From a bacterium (GTDB lineage Bacteria; Patescibacteriota; Patescibacteriia; Patescibacteriales; GWC2-42-12), in the NCBI GenBank assembly GCA_030655095.1, contig JAURWF010000062.1, forward strand, positions 1-48,853: 48,853 nt of DNA. Direction: 5' to 3'. A program made the translations under genes and the position numbers. Below, piece after piece: positions 1 to 8,346 of the stretch (the stretch's first letter is position 1; each line of letters starts with the position of its first letter). The notes below the pieces were generated by a model. That model searched no databases and was not told the origin of the DNA. It was given only the letters and a program-made list of their open reading frames with translations.

Positions 1-141
1 AATTGGATTAAAAAAGAGAATAAAGATATAAAAAAATTACAATTAGCTGCTTTAATGAGGCTACCAGCAATGGTCTAAGGGCAAAATAGCCTTAATTTGT
101 CTGATTTATTAAATTGTTAAAGGGCTTTTTAGACAGCCTGC
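1..141. repeat. Left copy of a perfect terminal inverted repeat (partner 48714..48853)
   Basis: The reverse complement of nt 2..141 equals nt 48714..48853 base for base. Identity ends abruptly at 142 and at 48713. Confidence 0.95.
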
Positions 142-225
142 GGAGTCATAAAGCGGGAATCCAGGGGTGAGTAGTAGAAAGTTTAATTATTAAAATTAAT
201 AAAAAAAGAAAATTAATAAGAAAAT

Positions 226-1620
226 ATGAAAATTCTATATTTTGGAGCTGGGTTTGTTGGCGCTTGTTCAGCGGTTGTTAATGCTGATAGTGGGCACGAT
301 GTTTTGGTTTATGATGTTAATCAAGAGTTGGTCAATAATTTGTCGTCTTTAGACAAGGATAAAATAGAATCAAGTTTAATGGAAAGAGGTTTAGGAGAGT
401 TGATTATAAAAAATCAAGCAAGAATTAAATTTACTTTTGATTTAGCTGAAGTAGAAAAATTTATTGATTTAGCTGAAGCAGTTTTTATGTGTTTGCCAAC
501 GCCTGAAAAAGATAACACAGGCGAGACTAATTTAATTTTTTATGAAATAGCCGCAAAAACTTTAGGCAAGATTTTGCTTAAAAGAAATAATAATAATCAA
601 ACACAACATGTTTTGTTAATTAATAAAAGCACCGTTCCAGTTAATATGATAAATCAGACTCAGAAAATTATGGAGAACATTGGAGTTAAAAATTTTGGAG
701 TTGGCTCTAATCCTGAATTTTTAGTTGAAGGTCAAGCTATTGAAGGTTCGGATCATCCATCTCGTGTTGTTGTTGGAGCTTGGAATGAAAAAGATTTTGC
801 TATTTTTAGAAATATTTACAGTCGTTTTGTTGGGTCGCCGACTACTGATTATATAGAAGTTAATCCGTTAGAGGCGGCTGCTAGCAAATTGTTGGCTAAT
901 TATATGTTGTTTAGTCGTTTGGCAAATTGTTTTGATGTGGTAGGACGGGTTTGTGAAAAATTTGATGGTTTAAATTTTGAAAATATTCGTAAAGTTTTAA
1001 TAACTGATAAGCGAATTGGTGGGTGGGGGCTTTATGATAGTTTATTCGCCGGCGGAAGTTGTTTTATTAAAGATGCTCGTTCATTATTTTATCAATTAAA
1101 AAGCCAAGGTGTTAATACTGATATTATTGATAGTATTTTAACAGCTAATCAACGACAGTTGGATAGTTTTTTAGCTAGAGCTAAAGAAGAATTAAATTTT
1201 GATTGGAAAGGCAAAACAGTTGGAATTTTAGGATTGGCTTTTAAGCAAGACACTAATGATGTTCGTAATTCCGCGTCTTTAAAGGTAACTGAATTTTTAT
1301 TTGATAAAAATGTTGCAAAAATAAATGCTTTTGATCCTACAGCTGGAAATAATTATTTAAAACATTTTGTTAGTAATAAAGATAGTAATAAAATTAATTT
1401 AGTTGATTCTGAAATTAAAGCGATTTCTGGAGTTGATGTTTTAATAATAACTACTGATTGGCCACAATTTAGAGAATTAACTCAGCTAATAAAAAAGAAT
1501 TTACCAAAAGGTGCGATTATTATGGATGGTAGAAGAATACTTCAGCATAAATATGAAGAATTAGCAGAGGCTGGATATAATATTATTGCTGTTGGCTCGC
1601 CGTTAATTAAAGTCGTTTAA
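226..1620 (+). CDS. ugd: UDP-glucose/GDP-mannose dehydrogenase family protein (UDP-glucose 6-dehydrogenase-like)
   Basis: 464-aa ORF. It has an N-terminal Rossmann GAGFVG, an NPEFLVEG motif and the GGSCFIKD catalytic-Cys motif typical of this family. Confidence 0.85.
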   Translation: MKILYFGAGFVGACSAVVNADSGHDVLVYDVNQELVNNLSSLDKDKIESSLMERGLGELIIKNQARIKFTFDLAEVEKFIDLAEAVFMCLPTPEKDNTGETNLIFYEIAAKTLGKILLKRNNNNQTQHVLLINKSTVPVNMINQTQKIMENIGVKNFGVGSNPEFLVEGQAIEGSDHPSRVVVGAWNEKDFAIFRNIYSRFVGSPTTDYIEVNPLEAAASKLLANYMLFSRLANCFDVVGRVCEKFDGLNFENIRKVLITDKRIGGWGLYDSLFAGGSCFIKDARSLFYQLKSQGVNTDIIDSILTANQRQLDSFLARAKEELNFDWKGKTVGILGLAFKQDTNDVRNSASLKVTEFLFDKNVAKINAFDPTAGNNYLKHFVSNKDSNKINLVDSEIKAISGVDVLIITTDWPQFRELTQLIKKNLPKGAIIMDGRRILQHKYEELAEAGYNIIAVGSPLIKVV

Positions 1621-1627
1621 TTGACAT

Positions 1628-1672
1628 AAATTTCCTGATAATATACAATATTTGTATATTATCAGGAAATTT
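1628..1672. promoter_or_regulatory. Perfect 20-bp-stem palindrome, a candidate operator or transcript-end hairpin
   Basis: aaatttcctgataatataca (1628-1647) and tgtatattatcaggaaattt (1653-1672) are exact reverse complements with a 5-nt spacer. The palindrome ends at the base before ATG 1673. No U-tract follows. Confidence 0.5.
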
Positions 1673-2326
1673 ATGAATAATAGAAAAAATAAAACAACAT
1701 ATTCAAAAACAGTAAAAAATATTGTTTCTGATTTGCCTTTTTTTAGAGTTGAGAATCTTGTCAATATTGATATAGAAAAAAAATATATAAGAGTATTACT
1801 TCATAGATTTTTTGTAGCAGGTGAAATACTAAGGCTAAAAAAGGGGATTTATGTTTCAAAAAAATATTTAGATAAAATTGAAAAAGCGAACAGAATGAAC
1901 TCGTATTTAGAGTTTATCGCGATTACTTTATATGATCCAGCATATTTAAGCGCGGAATATGTTTTATCTGAACATAGTGTATTGACTGAAAACATTCAAG
2001 CATTTACATTGATAAGTAAAAATAGAACAAGAAAATTTGTAAATTCACTCGGTGCATTTAATTATAAGCATATAAAAGAAGATCTTTTCTCTGGATTTAA
2101 GATTATTAAAAAAAATGATTTTTTTATAAACAAGGCGACTATCGCAAAGGCATTGTTTGATTTTTTATATTTAAGAAAAAACATTATTACGGATAAAAGC
2201 GCTTTTTTGGCATTGCGTTTAAATGTAGAGAATTTTAAAAATCAGGATTTAAAAGAATTTAAAAAGTATATTGAAATTGAAGGTTCAGAAAAAATGAAAA
2301 ATATATTGAGTTGGCTACAAAAATAG
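1673..2326 (+). CDS. AbiEi-like antitoxin (type IV toxin-antitoxin, transcriptional regulator)
   Basis: The ORF track starts at TTG 1652 inside the palindrome, so ATG 1673 (MNNRKNK) is preferred. The segment GEILRLKKGIYVSKKYL fits the G-x-L-x-R-L-x-x-G-x-Y helix of AbiEi N-domains. It lies 25 nt upstream of an AbiEii-type toxin gene. Confidence 0.6.
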   Translation: MNNRKNKTTYSKTVKNIVSDLPFFRVENLVNIDIEKKYIRVLLHRFFVAGEILRLKKGIYVSKKYLDKIEKANRMNSYLEFIAITLYDPAYLSAEYVLSEHSVLTENIQAFTLISKNRTRKFVNSLGAFNYKHIKEDLFSGFKIIKKNDFFINKATIAKALFDFLYLRKNIITDKSAFLALRLNVENFKNQDLKEFKKYIEIEGSEKMKNILSWLQK

Positions 2327-2351
2327 TTTTGCAACCATCTCGTCATTATTT

Positions 2352-3179
2352 ATGGGAACAGAAAAAACAATTTTAAAAAATATTATTGAAGAGAATTTTG
2401 ACAAAGCAATTTTTTATAAAAGAAATTTGTTAAAAGAGTATCTTCAAATTTTGGTTTTAGATTTTATTTATTCAAATGAAAAATACAGTCCATTAGTTTT
2501 TTATGGCGGATCTTGTCTCGCGCATTGCTTTGGGCTTCAGAGACTTTCCGAGGATCTTGATTTTGTTGATACTAAAAAAGAAATTAATTTGGAAAAACTA
2601 GCCGTTGATTTAGAAATTTTCTTTAAAAAAAATACGGATTTGCCAGTTGAGTTTACAGTTCAGAAATTTAGAATTCATTTAAAGTTTCCTATTTTAAAGG
2701 AGCTTGGCTTAAGCGTTGAGCCGGAATCTGATATATTAATTTTAAAATTAGAAATTTTTAGCGACTTTGATTTTTGCCAGAAATATCAGACGCAAATAAA
2801 GCCATTGTTTAAATTTAATAAATCAATTTTGATTAAAACTTTTGATTTGCCAACATTAATGAGTACGAAAATAAGGGCTTTGCTTTATAGAAAATGGGAG
2901 AAAAAAAATAAAGACGGGAAAGTTTTAATAAATGTAAAAGGTCGTGATTATTTTGACTTGATGTGGTATCTCGAAAAAGATATTGAGCCTAATTTTGATT
3001 GTTTGGAGATTAAAACAAAAGACGAGCTAAAAGAAAAATTATTGGATTTGGTAAATAAGGTTGACGAGAATAGCATAATTTTAGATCTCGAAAATTTTAT
3101 TGCTGATAAAAAATTTGTGATTGGACTTGGTAAAAATATAAAAAATATATTAAGAGATATGATAAACAAGAAGTTTTAG
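2352..3179 (+). CDS. AbiEii/AbiGii-family nucleotidyltransferase toxin (DUF1814)
   Basis: N-terminal LKEYLQILVLDFIY ... VFYGGSCLAHCFG..RLSEDLDF is the nucleotidyltransferase core of the family. A paralog lies at 46730..47506. Confidence 0.75.
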   Translation: MGTEKTILKNIIEENFDKAIFYKRNLLKEYLQILVLDFIYSNEKYSPLVFYGGSCLAHCFGLQRLSEDLDFVDTKKEINLEKLAVDLEIFFKKNTDLPVEFTVQKFRIHLKFPILKELGLSVEPESDILILKLEIFSDFDFCQKYQTQIKPLFKFNKSILIKTFDLPTLMSTKIRALLYRKWEKKNKDGKVLINVKGRDYFDLMWYLEKDIEPNFDCLEIKTKDELKEKLLDLVNKVDENSIILDLENFIADKKFVIGLGKNIKNILRDMINKKF

Positions 3180-3245
3180 TTTTACTAGAGTCTCTTGTTG
3201 CGGAGCCCTAATATTTTAATATTGAATAATAATAAATAAATTCGT

Positions 3246-4166
3246 ATGTCAAAAATTTTAGTTACTGGTGGGGCAGGTTTTATTGGTTCAAATTTAGTTG
3301 ATAAATTAATTAATCAAGGCAATGAAGTCGTTGTTATTGATAATCTGTCAACTGGAAAAAAAGAGAATATTAATCCTAAGGTTAAATTTTATAATGCTGA
3401 TATTTGTTCATTGGCAATTGACGAAATTTTTAAAAATGAAAAGTTTGATTATGTTTTTCACTTGGCAGCGCAGATTGACGTAAGAGTTTCTGTTGCTAAT
3501 CCAGAGTTTGACAATAAAGTTAATGCAATAGGCAGTTATAATATTTTTAAAAATTGTGGATTAAATAAAATCAAAAAAGTAGTTTTTATTTCTACAGGTG
3601 GCGCGCTTTATGGCGATTGCTTAAAGCCAGCATCTGAAAAAACTTTAATTCAACCCGTCTCTCCTTACGCGATCCATAAATATTCTGCTGAAAGATACTT
3701 GGAGTTATGTTATGATTTATATAATTTAGACTATGTTGTTTTAAGGCTGGCTAATGTTTTTGGTCCCAGACAGTACAGCGGGGGAGAATGTGGCGTTATT
3801 GGGTTATTTACATATAACATTGCTAATAATAAATCTAGTACGCTTTATGGTGATGGATCAAAAACAAGGGACTTTGTCTATGTGTCTGATGTTGTAGTCG
3901 CTTGTTTAAAGGCTATTACAGTTAAACAGCGAGGAGTTTTTAATATTGGAAATGGAAAAGAAATTAGTATTTTACAAATTATTAATGTTATAAAAAAAAT
4001 AGCTGGTAAAAAATTTATTTATAAACAAGAAAAAAATAGAATTGGCGAAGTGCAAAGGAGCGTTCTTGATAGTGCAAAGGCGAAAAAAATATTAGACTGG
4101 GAGCCGAGAGTAAAGCTTGAGCAAGGTTTAAAAAATACGATTGATTGGGCGATGAAAAAAAGTTAA
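3246..4166 (+). CDS. galE: NAD-dependent sugar epimerase (UDP-glucose 4-epimerase-like)
   Basis: VTGGAGFIGSNL Rossmann motif and SPYAIHKYSAE (YxxxK) of the extended SDR family. 306 aa. Confidence 0.8.
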   Translation: MSKILVTGGAGFIGSNLVDKLINQGNEVVVIDNLSTGKKENINPKVKFYNADICSLAIDEIFKNEKFDYVFHLAAQIDVRVSVANPEFDNKVNAIGSYNIFKNCGLNKIKKVVFISTGGALYGDCLKPASEKTLIQPVSPYAIHKYSAERYLELCYDLYNLDYVVLRLANVFGPRQYSGGECGVIGLFTYNIANNKSSTLYGDGSKTRDFVYVSDVVVACLKAITVKQRGVFNIGNGKEISILQIINVIKKIAGKKFIYKQEKNRIGEVQRSVLDSAKAKKILDWEPRVKLEQGLKNTIDWAMKKS

Positions 4167-4284
4167 AATTATGTTTGTAAGATTGTGTGGTATTAAAATA
4201 TACCAATTTTGTAGTTACGCTTGCATTAATTGGCATATTTATGATAGTGCGCAAGTATTTTTTAAAGTATAATATGTAATAGTC

Positions 4285-4312
4285 TTGACTTTTTAATATT
4301 ATACTATATAAT
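4285..4312 (+). promoter_or_regulatory. Sigma70-like promoter candidate (TTGACT-N16-TATAAT)
   Basis: ttgact at 4285-4290, a 16-nt spacer, then tataat at 4307-4312, about 225 nt upstream of the GT4 gene. AT-rich background makes chance matches common. Confidence 0.35.
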
Positions 4313-4450
4313 AGTCATATTTTTCTATTGCAGGGAATGATAGTTTATAAGCGACACAAATTGTAAAAAATTTAAAAAGAGAAAAACAATTGGACTTGAT
4401 TAAAATAGTAAAAGCGGAAAATTATCTTAAAGAGTTATATTTATAAAAGA

Positions 4451-4531
4451 CAAAAAAATATTAAGCTGGAAGTCAAAGAAAAATTTAAGCAAGGCTTGAA
4501 AAATACAATTAATTGGGCGATGAAAAAATAA
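4451..4531 (+). pseudogene. Relic of the 3' end of a second galE-like epimerase gene
   Basis: Nt 4463-4531 translate as KLEVKEKFKQGLKNTINWAMKK*. The intact galE C-terminus (4080-4166) reads WEPRVKLEQGLKNTIDWAMKKS*. A stop lies just upstream and no N-terminal part is present. Confidence 0.7.
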
Positions 4532-4537
4532 AAGTAT

Positions 4538-5644
4538 ATGAAAATATTTCTTGTAATTACCACTGGGGATTTAGGCGGAGCGCAAAATTTTCTTATTAAT
4601 TTGGCTATTGGTCTTAAAGCTCAAGGGCATCAAGTTTTTGTTGGTTTTGGTGATGGCGAGTATTTAGAAAAAAAATTAGTTGCTAGCGGAATTAGTTATC
4701 AAAAGTTTCCTTATTTAAAAAGAACCAATAATCCTTTTAATAATTTATTATTTATTTGGCAATTAAAAAAATTTTTAGATTGTCAACAATTTGACGTTAT
4801 TCATTTTAATAGTTCAAACGCTTTATTGGGAGCTATTAGCAACTATTGGTCAAAAAATAAAGCTCGTAGCGTTTTTACTGTTCATGGCCTGTCGCTTTTG
4901 GATAATCAATATCAAGCAGCAAGAATCATTAAAAAAATTTATTTATTATTATTTAAATTATTACTGAAGTTAATAGATAAAATAGTTTTTGTCAGCCAGA
5001 ATAATTTAAAAGTAGCTAATAAAATCGGCTTAACTAATAAAGGCGAGGTTATTTATAATGGTTTGGATATAGAGCGTTTAAATTTCTACCAGAAAGATGA
5101 GGCTAGAAAAAGATTATCGGAAAAAATTAGTCAAGATTTATCTGTTGCCTACCTAATCGGTTCCATTGGTCGTCTTAGCGCGCAAAAAAATTATTCTTTT
5201 TTAATTAATAATTTTCGCGCTATTTTAGAAATAAAACCAAACGCCAAATTAGTAATTATCGGGACAGGTCCAGAAGCGGAGCTTTGTCAGAGGTTAATTA
5301 TTGGTAATAATTTGTCTAGCTACATTTTTTTGGTCGGCACTCTGCCAGAGGCGCATCGCTATCTAAAGGCTTTTGATTTATTTGTTTTGCCATCAATTTA
5401 TGAAGGTTTGCCTTTAGTTTTAATTGAGGCTCAAGCAGCTCAGATATCAATTTTAGCCACAGATGTGGGCGGTAATAGTGAAATTGTTTGTCAAACAGAG
5501 AAATTATTCAAAGTTAATAATGTTAATGATTTTATTAATAAATTTCAAGCCCAATTTTTAACTTCGCATATAGTTGAACATTTAGATGAAAAATTTATGT
5601 TAGATAAAATGATAAAAAAATATATTTCTACTTATCAAAATTAA
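4538..5644 (+). CDS. Glycosyltransferase family 4 (GT-B, retaining type)
   Basis: 368 aa. N-terminal GDLGGAQNF and C-terminal EGLPLVLIEAQAAQISILATDVGGNSEIV (E-x7-E region). Confidence 0.8.
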   Translation: MKIFLVITTGDLGGAQNFLINLAIGLKAQGHQVFVGFGDGEYLEKKLVASGISYQKFPYLKRTNNPFNNLLFIWQLKKFLDCQQFDVIHFNSSNALLGAISNYWSKNKARSVFTVHGLSLLDNQYQAARIIKKIYLLLFKLLLKLIDKIVFVSQNNLKVANKIGLTNKGEVIYNGLDIERLNFYQKDEARKRLSEKISQDLSVAYLIGSIGRLSAQKNYSFLINNFRAILEIKPNAKLVIIGTGPEAELCQRLIIGNNLSSYIFLVGTLPEAHRYLKAFDLFVLPSIYEGLPLVLIEAQAAQISILATDVGGNSEIVCQTEKLFKVNNVNDFINKFQAQFLTSHIVEHLDEKFMLDKMIKKYISTYQN

Positions 5645-5645
5645 T

Positions 5646-6545
5646 ATGAATTTTAGCGTTGTGATACCAACATATAATCGTCCAGACGATTTAAATAGAT
5701 GTTTAGACTCAATTCTTGGGCAATTGGTAAAGCCTGTTGAAATTATTATTGTGGACGATGGGAATCTGCCTGATATTGTTATTAATAATTTAAAAATAAA
5801 AATAGAAGATAAAAAAATAAATTTTATCTATTACAAAAAAAATCATAAATATGAAAGACGCGGATCATCAGAATCAAGGAATAAAGCGTTAGAATTGTCT
5901 CGCAATAATGTTGTTTTTATTTTAGATGACGATGTTATTTTAGAAGAATATGATTTTTTTGAAAAAATTATAAAAATTTGGAGTCAAAATACAGATAAAA
6001 ATTTAATAGGAATAGGTGGAAAAATAAAAAATGAAAGAAAAATAAATAAATTAGAAAATATATATAATCATATATTCGGCTTAATTGGAAAATGCAAATG
6101 GGATGTGAATAATGTTGGATTTCAAGTGTGGGATCAATCTATTAAAAATGTAATAAAAAGTTATTATGTGCATGGAGGAGTGTGCTCATATAATAAAAAA
6201 CTAACTCAAAAAATTGGCTTTACTACTTTCAATGAAGGGCGGACAGCTTTAGAAGATGTTGATTTTTGTTTAAGAGCAAAAAATCAAGGATATTTTTTTT
6301 TGCTTGAACCAAATGCACGAGTTATACATAATCAAAGTCTTGTTGCACGGGAAAAAGAATTTGTAAGTGGATTTAAAGAAGAAATAAATAGAAGAATAAT
6401 TTTTAAAAATAATTGTAAAAAAAATATTAAAAATTATCTCTGGTTTGTATGGGCTAATATTGGTTGGATTCTTAGACAATTTTTAGCAGGACATTTTATT
6501 AAAGGCGTTGGAATGATTAAAGGATCGTTGCCTAATTTAAAATAA
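5646..6545 (+). CDS. Glycosyltransferase family 2
   Basis: FSVVIPTYNRPDDLNRCLDSIL, VDDGN and LDDDVIL (DxD) motifs. Confidence 0.8.
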   Translation: MNFSVVIPTYNRPDDLNRCLDSILGQLVKPVEIIIVDDGNLPDIVINNLKIKIEDKKINFIYYKKNHKYERRGSSESRNKALELSRNNVVFILDDDVILEEYDFFEKIIKIWSQNTDKNLIGIGGKIKNERKINKLENIYNHIFGLIGKCKWDVNNVGFQVWDQSIKNVIKSYYVHGGVCSYNKKLTQKIGFTTFNEGRTALEDVDFCLRAKNQGYFFLLEPNARVIHNQSLVAREKEFVSGFKEEINRRIIFKNNCKKNIKNYLWFVWANIGWILRQFLAGHFIKGVGMIKGSLPNLK

Positions 6546-6563
6546 AAAATATAAAAATATTAA

Positions 6564-7340
6564 TTATTCATCGTTATAATCACTATCTTCTAGTTTATAT
6601 AATTTCCAGTATTTACTTGTTAAACACATGTTTTGAGTTAAAGGCGGGCCATTATATTCTGATAAATTTATTGGTAAAACGTCGCTGCCTCCTGCTTTTG
6701 CATATTCATACATAGAAATTTTTCTACTCCCGCAAATATGAATTATAGGATTGTTAGGTTTAAATATAACAACATCTTTTAATCCTTTTGCAACGCCTTG
6801 CGCAAATAAATAAGTTCCATATCTGTCTGTAAAAGCCTTGGGATATTCCCATGGCATGCTAGTAAAATTAGTTCTTATAACAGTAGTTTTCATTTTATCT
6901 GAGTTAAAAGATTTTACTATTTCTTCTGCTAATAATTTTGTTAGACCATAAAAATGTTTTGGATATGGGATACTGTCTTCGTCTTCCATTATATTATCAT
7001 TATTGCCAGGAAATACGCATGCTGTGCTTACATAAATAAAATGTTTTACTTCAGCATTTAAAGCTTCTTTTATTAAATTTCTTGTTCCGTTAACATTAAT
7101 ATCATACGCTTTTTTTTTATTTTCTTCACAAAAAGGTATGCTAGTTATTGCTGCTAGATGAATAATTGTTTCAACTTTATTTTTTTTAAAATACTTTTTA
7201 ATGCTATTTAAATTTTGTAAATCTATTTCATTCCTAGTTGAAAATTGGGCTTGTGGCATTATTTTTTTGCAAGCTTTGCCTAATTTTCCAGACGATCCTG
7301 TTATTAAGATTTTAGATTTATTAATTAGCATAAGCAACAA
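6564..7340 (-). CDS. RmlD-like NAD(P)H-dependent 4-keto-sugar reductase
   Basis: ILITGSSGKLG Rossmann motif, STACVF and YGLTKLLAE (YxxxK). Size and layout match dTDP-4-dehydrorhamnose-reductase-type enzymes. It is the last gene of a dehydratase / 2-epimerase trio. Confidence 0.65.
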   Translation of the reverse strand: MLLMLINKSKILITGSSGKLGKACKKIMPQAQFSTRNEIDLQNLNSIKKYFKKNKVETIIHLAAITSIPFCEENKKKAYDINVNGTRNLIKEALNAEVKHFIYVSTACVFPGNNDNIMEDEDSIPYPKHFYGLTKLLAEEIVKSFNSDKMKTTVIRTNFTSMPWEYPKAFTDRYGTYLFAQGVAKGLKDVVIFKPNNPIIHICGSRKISMYEYAKAGGSDVLPINLSEYNGPPLTQNMCLTSKYWKLYKLEDSDYNDE

Positions 7341-7347
7341 TTAAAAA

Positions 7348-8334
7348 CTATTTTATAAATTTAGACTTTTTTAACATTTCTTTAATTTCTTGCTCAGACA
7401 TTAATTTATCTGCAGAAGAATATTCTTGAAAATTTACTTTTGGCAGATGCTTGTATTTGTCTTCAAGTCCATCTATTTTTAATTGAGGTAATATAACATA
7501 ATAATTTTCATCATACTGATAAGTGTTTGGTGATTCATATCTTGAAACCAAAATTTCATCAATTTTTTCTCCTGGTCTACAACCGATTTCTTGAATATGG
7601 ACAGAATTACTTGCTATTTCTTTTATTAAAACTTTGGCTAAGCTAAGAATTTTACAAGACGGCATTTTCATTACAAATGTTTCGCCACCATAACTTTTTT
7701 CAGCCGCTTTAAATAATAGATGAATAGCATACTCTAATGTTAAAAAATATCTTGTCATTCTTTTATCGGTAAGATTAATTTTTTTAAAATTTTTAATTTG
7801 TTCTATAAAATAAGGAATTACACTGCCGTTTGTTCCAATGACATTTCCTCCTCTAATACAGACAAATTTTGTATCGCTTGATTCAACATTAGCTTGAATC
7901 ATAAGACGCTCTCCTATTGCTTTTGTCATTCCATAAAGATTTAATGGATCAACCGCTTTATCAGTAGAAACATCAATTACTTTTTTAACTTTATTAATTT
8001 TCGCAACTTGGATAACATTTTTAGTTCCAACAATATTTGTTTTTATTGCTTCATATGGTTGTTCTTCGCATATAGGTACATGCTTAAGAGCAGCTAAATG
8101 AAAAATATAATCTACGCCTTTTGTGCATTCAAGTAGGCGATCTGAATCTCTTATGTCTCCAAGTAAAAAAAATAATTTAGAGTTGTTAAATTTTCTCATC
8201 ATATTTACTTGATGAAGTTCGCTTCTTGAATAAATGATTATTTTTTTAGGGTTTTTTTTAAGAAGTTGTTTTGTAAGCTCTTGTCCCCATGAGCCTGTTC
8301 CGCCAGTAATGAGAATTGTTGAATTGTAAAACAT
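7348..8334 (-). CDS. UDP-N-acetylglucosamine 4,6-dehydratase (short CapD/PseB/FlaA1-like)
   Basis: ILITGGTGSWGQEL, STDKAVDPLNLYGMTKAIGE (YxxxK) and GNVIGTNGSVIP. 328 aa. Confidence 0.75.
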   Translation of the reverse strand: MFYNSTILITGGTGSWGQELTKQLLKKNPKKIIIYSRSELHQVNMMRKFNNSKLFFLLGDIRDSDRLLECTKGVDYIFHLAALKHVPICEEQPYEAIKTNIVGTKNVIQVAKINKVKKVIDVSTDKAVDPLNLYGMTKAIGERLMIQANVESSDTKFVCIRGGNVIGTNGSVIPYFIEQIKNFKKINLTDKRMTRYFLTLEYAIHLLFKAAEKSYGGETFVMKMPSCKILSLAKVLIKEIASNSVHIQEIGCRPGEKIDEILVSRYESPNTYQYDENYYVILPQLKIDGLEDKYKHLPKVNFQEYSSADKLMSEQEIKEMLKKSKFIK

Positions 8335-8346
8335 ATTTTTAATTTA

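Noticed and set aside
1652-1672. TTG start at 1652 for the AbiEi-like ORF (and TTG 46108 for the second copy)
   Set aside because: The TTG at 1652 lies inside the perfect palindrome. In-frame ATGs at 1673 and 46120 give N-termini of normal length, so the ATG starts are preferred. This remains unproven.
3236-3245. ATTCGTA/ATTCGCA heptamer as a general pre-start motif (seen before galE, wzt and rel)
   Set aside because: It occurs before only a minority of starts, and partly inside coding sequence elsewhere. The evidence is insufficient without a genome-wide count. It is mentioned only in the GxxExxY cassette finding.
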